From positions 124,001 to 188,000 of IMG/VR virus record IMGVR_UViG_3300034117_001582: DNA of 64,000 nt. One strand, 5' to 3'. Made by a program: the position numbers and the translations under genes. Each line of letters begins with the position of its first letter. Within the stretch, counting starts at the first letter, position 1. This document shows positions 57,308-64,000 of this stretch, piece by piece. The notes under the pieces were generated by a model. It searched no databases. It had not been told where the DNA came from and worked only from the letters and a program-made list of their open reading frames with translations.

Positions 57308-60300
57308 TTAAATTTCTACCCAACTATTATCAGGATTAAAATAAATTGTTTCATTAGTCCCATCCAAACTATAACCAATTATTCTTATTATATCACCACT
57401 TCCTGAAGGTGCCGTTGTTGTTATACCTCCTGCGGTTGTTGAAACATATAAAATATCACCTGTGGTTGTTGTGAATCCTGAATTTCTAATATATCCGTTT
57501 ATTAACATACCACTCGTCGTTCCCGTACCTAACGCAAATGCTAACATTCCTGTGGAGCCTGATGCAAAATCCGCATCTGCCGCAACCCAAGCCCCTGAAC
57601 TATTATAGTAATATAGATTACCCGCAGTTAATGACCCCGTACCAAAAGTCACAATATCACCATAACCTGAAACTGAAGATGTTAATCCTGTTACGGGGTT
57701 ATGTATGAATTGGTAATCACCTCTAACATCTATTTTTCTTGATGGAGATGCGGTACCAATACCAACATTTGTTCCATCATCAAAAATAGTACTTGTGCTT
57801 GATAATGTTGATGTTGTTTGCCATTTAACGGCATAATTGGCTGTTCCTGATCCTACAAAAGAAGTTCCAGAAGTACCGTTAGTTCCGCTTGTACCATTTG
57901 TACCGTTGGTTCCTGATGTTCCATTCGTACCATTTGTACCTGACGTGCCATTTGTTCCTGAAGTTCCATTGGTTCCCGATGTTCCGTTTAATCCATTGTA
58001 AACCCACGATATTGTATAGGTCTGAGCCGAAAAAGAACCATTTCCAACAACATTGGTTAAATCAAATTGGTATACAGATCCCGAAACTGAAATACCGTTT
58101 ACAGCCCAAATACCAATAATATTATTACTACCAACTTTAGTCACTTGTAAATAAACAGTATTTCCTGATGATTGTATTGAATCAATTGCCGAAAACCAAG
58201 CCGAGTAATTAACACTGTTAATGTCGGTGGTATTAATGTAAATAATGGTTGTTGCTGATATTGTTGCGGAATCACTATTAAACTTTGTTTCGATAGGGCC
58301 ACCACCTAGTTTCCAGAAATCCCATCTACCTGAGTTTGACCCGTCATTACCATAAATCCCACTAGTTCCGTTAGTTCCATTCGTACCACTTGTTCCTCTT
58401 GTGCCTGAAGTGCCGTTGGTCCCTGAAGACCCATTAGTTCCTGATGTACCATTAGTTCCTGAAGTACCATTAGTTCCTGATGTACCATTAGTTCCTGAAG
58501 TACCATTAGTACCATTTAGTCCATTAAAGACCCACGAAACAGTATACGTAGCCTGATCGGTTAAAGCCCCTGAACCAGTGACAAAACTAAGCCCTATATC
58601 CCAATATGTGGTATTATCCGTCATACCTGTTATATCATAGATTCCAATTACACTATTATTACCTAATTCTGTTATTTGTAGATAACCTTTATTACCCGCC
58701 GATTTTAAAACGGCACAGGCATCAAACCAATCGTAATAATCTATTGTATTAATATCTACAACATTAATAGAAATATATGAAATTGTTGATATTATTTGTG
58801 TGTCAGGAACAAAGTATGTCGAAACAGGACTTCCAGGTACAGTTCCTTCATTATACCATCTTCCACTATTTGAACCATCATTACCCACTTTTCCAGTATT
58901 TCCATTATTTCCTGAAGTTCCATCAGTTCCTGAAGTTCCATCAGTTCCTGAAGTTCCTGCCTGTGCCATTAATGCCCAATTACCACTAAATGGAGGAGTT
59001 GGTATCCCCGTATTACCATTTATTAATGAAATATAAGAACTACCGGCAAATTGAACGACATCATTTATATTGTAAGTGGACATTAAGTTCCATGAACCTT
59101 GCCAATTAAATGAAATGCCACTAGTTCCGTTAGTACCTGATGTTCCGTTAGTACCTGATGTTCCATTTGTTCCATTAGTACCGTTAGTTCCTGAAGTACC
59201 ATTAGTCCCCGAAGTTCCATTTGTACCATTAGTACCATTAGTACCTGAGGTTCCATTTGTACCATTAGTACCTGAAGTTCCATTCGTTCCGCTTGTACCA
59301 TTAGTTCCATTCGTTCCGCTTGTACCATTAGTTCCATTCGTTCCAGATGTTCCTGAAGTTCCATTTGTCCCACTTGATCCATTAGTTCCATTCGTACCTG
59401 AAGTTCCATTTGTACCCGAAGTTCCATTTGTACCATTTGTTCCCGAAGTCCCGTTTGTTCCTGATGTTCCGTTTGTACCATTCGTTCCTGAAGTACCTGA
59501 TGTTCCATTGGTCCCTGAAGTTCCGTTTGTACCAGAAGTCCCATTTGTACCGTTCATTCCTGAAGTCCCATTAGTACCATTGGTTCCTGAAGTACCATTT
59601 GTTCCGCTAGTGCCATTTGTCCCTGAGGTACCATTCGTTCCACTAGTTCCGTTTGTCCCGTTCGTTCCACTTGTTCCGTTAGTTCCAGATGTCCCATTTG
59701 TTCCGTTAGTTCCACTAGTGCCGTTGGTACCATTTGTACCATTAGTTCCTGAAGTCCCATTAGTACCGCTAGTTCCATTTGTACCATTTGTTCCTGATGT
59801 TCCATTTGTGCCGTTAGTTCCGCTCGTACCATTTGTCCCACTTGTACCGTTGGTACCATTCGTTCCTGAAGTTCCATTTGTTCCGCTAGTCCCGTTTGTT
59901 CCCGATGTTCCATTTGTACCGTTAGTTCCTGAAGTACCATTTGTTCCGCTCGTACCATTAGTCCCTGAAGTACCGTTGGTTCCATTTGTGCCGTTTGTCC
60001 CTGAAGTCCCGTTAGTACCGTTCGTTCCCGAAGTTCCATTTGTTCCATTAGTTCCTGATGTGCCGTTTGTTCCTGAAGTTCCATTAGTCCCTGATGTTCC
60101 ATTAGTACCGTTAGTTCCGTTAGTACCAGATGTTCCATTCGTTCCTGAGGTTCCATTTGTTCCATTAGTACCATTCGTTCCTGAAGTTCCATTAGTACCA
60201 TTCGTACCGCTAGTGCCATTTGTGCCGCTAGTTCCATTAGTCCCCGACGTACCATTTGTTCCATTGGTACCTGATGTTCCATTGGTACCGCTAGTTCCAT

Positions 60301-63300
60301 TCGTGCCGTTTGTTCCCGACGTTCCATTAGTACCGTTCGTCCCTGAAGTTCCGTTTGTACCATTCGTTCCTGAAGTTCCGTTGGTACCTGAAGTTCCATT
60401 CGTACCGTTGGTACCACTTGAACCATTTGTTCCCGAAGTTCCATTAGTCCCGTTAGTCCCATTAGTACCTGAAGTTCCGTTTGTACCTGAAGTTCCGTTT
60501 GTACCATTAGTACCCGATGTTCCATTTGTTCCTGAAGTTCCATTTGTACCTGAAGTCCCGTTAGTACCTGAGGTTCCATTGGTGCCTGATGTTCCGTTAG
60601 TACCTGAAGTCCCATTTGTTCCATTTGTACCTGAGGTGCCGTTTGTTCCTGAAGTCCCGTTTGTTCCGTTAGTTCCACTTGTACCATTCGTACCTGAAGT
60701 CCCATTAGTTCCTGAAGTTCCGTTTGTACCATTAGTACCTGATGTACCATTAGTTCCTGAAGTTCCGTTTGTACCACTAGTACCTGATGTACCATTAGTT
60801 CCAGATGTTCCGTTCGTACCATTTGTACCTGATGTTCCGTTAGTACCTGACGTACCATTAGTACCTGAAGTTCCGTTTGTACCTGATGTACCATCAGTCC
60901 CATCAACACCAGAAAGTCCACTAGATCCATTCGTACCATTCGTTCCAGATGTGCCATTTGTACCCGAAGTTCCATTTGTACCATTTGTTCCCGAAGTCCC
61001 GTTTGTTCCTGAAGTTCCGTTGGTACCATTAGTCCCGTTTGTTCCCGATGTACCATTTGTGCCGCTAGTACCGTTTGTTCCATTTGTGCCGCTAGTACCA
61101 TTCGTACCGTTGGTTCCATTTGTCCCTGATGTACCATTTGCTCCACTTGTACCATTTGTACCTGAAGTTCCATTTGTTCCATTTGTGCCTGACGTTCCGT
61201 TTGTACCGTTTGTCCCCGAAGTTCCATTTGCTCCGCTAGTTCCATTAGTCCCGTTGGTACCACTTGAACCATTTGTACCTGAAGTTCCATTTGTTCCGTT
61301 AGTCCCTGATGTGCCATTTGTTCCCGAAGTTCCATTAGTACCGTTGGTTCCATTCGTCCCATTTGTTCCTGATGTTCCATTTGTTCCGTTTGTACCTGAA
61401 GTACCATTTGTACCTGAAGTTCCATTTGTACCTGAAGTTCCGGCAGATGTTAATAAATTTGTACCGACACCCGCAGCACATGCGGTTATGTCAAGAAACG
61501 CACCTCTTGCAGTACCACCTTGTTCAAAAAACCTAATTCTATCTTGCCATATGTCAAAAGTGACCCCTGTACCTGAAATGGTAGTGTTAGTTACAGGTTT
61601 GTTTAATAGGATTTCCCCACCTTCATCACCAGCCTGATACAATACACTTAATTTTGTACCATCAAATGTTAAAAGAGATTCGGCAACTATTCCTCCTGAT
61701 CCGTTTGACGTTAAAACTTGATTATCTGAACCTGGTACTGCAGGTGATGATCCACTTGTTCCGTTTGTTCCGCTCGTACCATTAGTGCCTGAAGTTCCAT
61801 TTGTTCCGTTTGTACCTGAAGTTCCATTAGTTCCTGACGATCCATTTGTACCATTTGTTCCTGAAGTTCCGTTGGTCCCGCTCGTACCATTTGTACCATT
61901 TGTACCTGAAGTTCCATTAGTTCCGTTAGTTCCGCTAGTACCATTAGTACCGCTAGTACCATTCGTACCTGATGTTCCGTTTGTCCCATTTGTTCCCGAA
62001 GTTCCATTTGTACCTGAAGTCCCGTTCGTACCATTTGTTCCTGATGTTCCATTAGTCCCTGATGTTCCGTTTGTTCCATTAGTCCCTGAAGTTCCATTCG
62101 TTCCATTAGTTCCGCTAGTCCCATTTGTACCTGAAGTCCCGTTGGTTCCATTAGTACCATTCGTCCCTGAAGTGCCATTTGTGCCGCTAGATCCATTAGT
62201 CCCAGAAGTTCCGCTAGTACCGTTAGTGCCTGAAGTACCATCTGTACCTGATGTTCCCGCAATAAATGGTGATAATGAAGTGGTTACCTGAGCAATTGTT
62301 GCATCTTCAAAATAACAAGTCATTGTTTTTGCACCTAATGAGGTTGCATAGAACTTAACGACTATTCTATCACTAATATTTACCGTTGTTGCGGGTACAG
62401 GTACAGAAAATAAATAAAGCTCCACAAGCGTACCGTCGCTAATGGGGTGGGGTGCCGCACTATTTGATCCAATTAAAGTTTCAGTACCACCTGTTGTTCT
62501 AATATATATATCAGCATATAATTTTGGAGTACCACCATTGGAGCTCATACTAACGTAATTCTCAAAGTTCCAGTTTCCTGCGGGTATTGTGGTTATTCCT
62601 GGATCACCAATAATTGTTGAAAATGAACCTATTAGTTGTGTTCCAGCACCTGTTGCCGTTAATGTTGTTCCGGCACCTATCACTATGTTTCTATCCATTA
62701 CATAGTAAGTTGGAATTGTAGATGCGGATGAAGGGTTAAAATAATAAACTAAACCTGTTGAAAATCCATTCACCCCTGAAGTTCCATTAGTACCGCTGGT
62801 TCCGTTCGTTCCATTTGTACCTGATGTTCCATTGGTCCCTGATGTTCCATTCGTCCCGTTTGTTCCCGATGTACCATTCGTTCCGTTAGTACCTGAGGTT
62901 CCATTCGTTCCGCTAGTTCCATTTGTTCCTGAAGTCCCATTTGTACCATTTGTTCCGTTTGTTCCACTAGTCCCATCTGTTCCGTTAGTCCCCGATGTTC
63001 CGTTGGTTCCATTAGTCCCGCTAGTACCATTGGTACCTGATGTTCCTGAAGTTCCATTTGTACCTGACGTTCCATTTGCACCATTTGTTCCCGAAGTCCC
63101 ATTTGTACCATTAGTCCCATTTGTACCATTAGTTCCTGATGTTCCATTAGTCCCCGATGTGCCATTTGTTCCATTAGTTCCTGATGTACCATTAGTACCG
63201 TTAGTTCCTGAAGTCCCGTTAGTTCCTGAAGTCCCGTTTGTGCCATTTGTTCCTGACGTTCCGTTAGTTCCACTTGTACCATTGGTACCTGATGTTCCGT

Positions 63301-64000
63301 TAGTTCCATTAGTACCATTAGTACCATTAGTTCCTGAAGTACCATTTGTACCTGATGTACCATTCGTACCATTTGTTCCACTAGTACCATTTGTTCCCGA
63401 AGTTCCATTAGTTCCATTCGTACCTGAAGTACCTGATGTTCCATTGGTCCCTGAAGTTCCGTTTGTACCAGAAGTCCCTGAAGTACCATTTGTACCGTTA
63501 GTTCCACTTGTACCATTTGTTCCGTTAGTGCCCGATGTTCCATTAGTACCTGAAGTACCGTTTGTTCCGTTAGTTCCTGAGGTACCATTCGTTCCCGAAG
63601 TTCCATTTGTACCATTGGTTCCGCTAGTTCCGTTTGTTCCATTAGTACCTGAAGTTCCATTAGTTCCTGACGTACCATTTGTACCGTTTGTTCCCGAAGT
63701 ACCGTTTGTTCCCGAAGTACCATTTGTTCCTGATGTTCCATTAACCCCCGATATGCCACTTGTACCATTTGTTCCTGATGTTCCATTTGTACCATTTGTT
63801 CCGCTAGTACCATTCGTACCTGAAGTTCCGTTCGTTCCATTTGTACCTGAAGTGCCGTTTGTTCCATTAGTTCCTGATGTCCCATTTGTACCATTCGTTC
63901 CATTTGCTCCGCTAGTACCATTTGTACCCGAAGTTCCATCAGTACCATTAGTTCCGTTAGCACCTGAAGTACCATTTGTTCCGCTAGTACCATCCGTTCC
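57308..64000 (-). CDS. giant collagen-like (Gly-Thr-Asn/Gly-Thr-Ser) fibre protein, 5'-truncated (>2200 aa)
   Basis: the frame of the 1821-aa ORF stays open upstream of the GTG at 62773 (...GTSGVNGF) with GTN/GTS repeats to the window edge; interspersed globular domains; NVGIGT.SP fibre motif. Confidence 0.85.
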   Translation of the reverse strand, partial: GTDGTSGTNGTSGANGTNGTDGTSGTNGTSGANGTNGTNGTSGTNGTNGTSGTNGTNGTSGTNGTSGTNGTNGTSGTNGTSGISGVNGTSGTNGTSGTNGTSGTNGTNGTSGTNGTSGTNGTNGTSGTNGTNGTSGTNGTSGTNGTNGTSGTNGTSGTNGTNGTSGTNGTNGTSGTSGTNGTSGTNGTSGTSGTNGTNGTSGTNGTSGTNGTNGTSGTNGTSGTNGTNGTNGTNGTSGTNGTSGTNGTSGTNGTNGTSGTNGTSGTNGTNGTSGTNGTNGTSGTNGTSGTNGTNGTNGTNGTSGTNGANGTSGTNGTSGTSGTNGTSGTNGTNGTSGTNGTDGTSGTNGTNGTNGTSGTNGTSGTNGTSGTNGTNGTSGTNGTNGTSGTNGTSGTNGTNGTSGTNGTSGVNGFSTGLVYYFNPSSASTIPTYYVMDRNIVIGAGTTLTATGAGTQLIGSFSTIIGDPGITTIPAGNWNFENYVSMSSNGGTPKLYADIYIRTTGGTETLIGSNSAAPHPISDGTLVELYLFSVPVPATTVNISDRIVVKFYATSLGAKTMTCYFEDATIAQVTTSLSPFIAGTSGTDGTSGTNGTSGTSGTNGSSGTNGTSGTNGTNGTNGTSGTNGTSGTNGTNGTSGTNGTNGTSGTNGTSGTNGTNGTSGTNGTSGTNGTNGTSGTNGTSGTNGTSGTNGTNGTSGTNGTNGTSGTNGTSGTNGTNGSSGTNGTSGTNGTNGTSGTNGTSGTNGTSGSSPAVPGSDNQVLTSNGSGGIVAESLLTFDGTKLSVLYQAGDEGGEILLNKPVTNTTISGTGVTFDIWQDRIRFFEQGGTARGAFLDITACAAGVGTNLLTSAGTSGTNGTSGTNGTSGTNGTNGTSGTNGTNGTNGTNGTSGTNGTSGTNGTNGTSGTNGSSGTNGTNGTSGANGTSGTNGTNGTSGTNGTNGTSGTNGTSGANGTSGTNGTNGTNGTSGTNGTNGTSGTNGTSGTNGTNGTNGTSGTNGTSGTNGTNGTSGTNGTSGTNGTNGSSGLSGVDGTDGTSGTNGTSGTNGTSGTNGTSGTNGTNGTSGTNGTSGTSGTNGTSGTNGTSGTNGTNGTSGTNGTSGTNGTSGTNGTNGTSGTNGTSGTNGTNGTSGTNGTSGTNGTSGTNGTSGTNGTSGTNGTSGTNGTNGTSGTNGTSGTNGTNGTNGTSGTNGSSGTNGTNGTSGTNGTSGTNGTNGTSGTNGTNGTSGTNGTNGTSGTNGTSGTNGTNGTSGTNGTSGTNGTSGTNGTNGTSGTNGTNGTNGTSGTNGTSGTNGTNGTNGTSGTNGTSGTNGTSGTNGTNGTSGTNGTNGTSGTNGTNGTNGTSGTNGTSGTNGTSGTNGTNGTSGTNGTSGTNGTSGTNGTNGTSGTNGTSGTNGTNGTSGTNGTNGTSGTNGTSGTNGTNGTNGTSGTNGTNGTSGTNGTSGTNGTNGTSGTNGTSGTNGTSGTNGTSGTNGTNGTSGMNGTNGTSGTNGTSGTNGTSGTSGTNGTNGTSGTNGTSGTNGTNGTSGTNGTSGTNGTNGSSGTNGTSGTSGTNGTNGTSGTNGTNGTSGTNGTSGTNGTNGTSGTNGTNGTNGTSGTNGTSGTNGTNGTNGTSGTNGTSGTNGTSGISFNWQGSWNLMSTYNINDVVQFAGSSYISLINGNTGIPTPPFSGNWALMAQAGTSGTDGTSGTDGTSGNNGNTGKVGNDGSNSGRWYNEGTVPGSPVSTYFVPDTQIISTISYISINVVDINTIDYYDWFDACAVLKSAGNKGYLQITELGNNSVIGIYDITGMTDNTTYWDIGLSFVTGSGALTDQATYTVSWVFNGLNGTNGTSGTNGTSGTNGTSGTNGTSGTNGSSGTNGTSGTRGTSGTNGTNGTSGIYGNDGSNSGRWDFWKLGGGPIETKFNSDSATISATTIIYINTTDINSVNYSAWFSAIDSIQSSGNTVYLQVTKVGSNNIIGIWAVNGISVSGSVYQFDLTNVVGNGSFSAQTYTISWVYNGLNGTSGTNGTSGTNGTSGTNGTNGTSGTNGTNGTSGTNGTSGTSFVGSGTANYAVKWQTTSTLSSTSTIFDDGTNVGIGTASPSRKIDVRGDYQFIHNPVTGLTSSVSGYGDIVTFGTGSLTAGNLYYYNSSGAWVAADADFASGSTGMLAFALGTGTTSGMLINGYIRNSGFTTTTGDILYVSTTAGGITTTAPSGSGDIIRIIGYSLDGTNETIYFNPDNSWVEI
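59120..61440 (-). repeat. main block of 9-bp degenerate GTN/GTS repeats (others at ~57870-57990, 58360-58520, 61755-62258, 62775-64000)
   Basis: period-9 pattern of GTWCC-containing units with synonymous variation. Confidence 0.95.

Noticed and set aside
59076-63993. Long ORFs 59076..61637(+), 59554..61425(-), 59083..59544(-), 61711..62262(-), 61785..62291(+), 62770..63993(-)
   Set aside because: Shadow frames of the 9-bp GTN/GTS repeat (VPF/VPL or MEL/QVQ patterns); the Gly-periodic frame is the one carrying the globular domains
57870-64000. CRISPR array or DGR in the repeat region
   Set aside because: Coding triplet repeats with synonymous variation and no unique spacers; no cas gene, reverse transcriptase or TR/VR pair
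1-64000. Alternative genetic code, introns or inteins
   Set aside because: Core genes are full length in the standard code; no intein or homing-endonuclease motifs seen in terminase, portal, MCP or ClpC

Overview
AT-rich segment of a large T4-like tailed phage genome. The host is most likely Bacteroidota/Flavobacteria, based on TAnnTTTG promoters, a Flavobacterium-like bS21, a DUF4494-like protein and a tmRNA tag starting with Gly. Left to right: small putative virion proteins including a stand-alone WYL protein (0.1-2.6 kb); a ~17 kb glycan synthesis/modification island with about 8 glycosyltransferases, methyltransferases, Gmd, a short DegT, a cytidylyltransferase, exonuclease, dUTPase and PhoH; a gp55-like late sigma factor; baseplate/structural genes; a minus-strand head module (terminase, portal, protease, scaffold, major capsid) with an antisense bS21; a nucleotidyltransferase and a KTSC protein; an N-domain-less ClpC, a Zn peptidase and a tmRNA with a 21-residue tag; a duplicated tmRNA-3'/glycosylase-5' chimera bracketing putative ejected proteins; two TibC/GT9-type iron-finger glycosyltransferases; three paralogous fibre-tip-like genes; and a giant Gly-Thr-Asn/Gly-Thr-Ser repeat fibre running off the right edge. 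Best candidate novel systems: (1) a phage-encoded protein glycosylation system acting on a sequon-saturated collagen-like fibre; (2) a phage tag-and-degrade/translation-control module (tmRNA, ClpC, peptidase, bS21); (3) a leader-defined set of head-packaged proteins under a TATTTAT late promoter. All calls come from motif recognition by eye; no searches were run.
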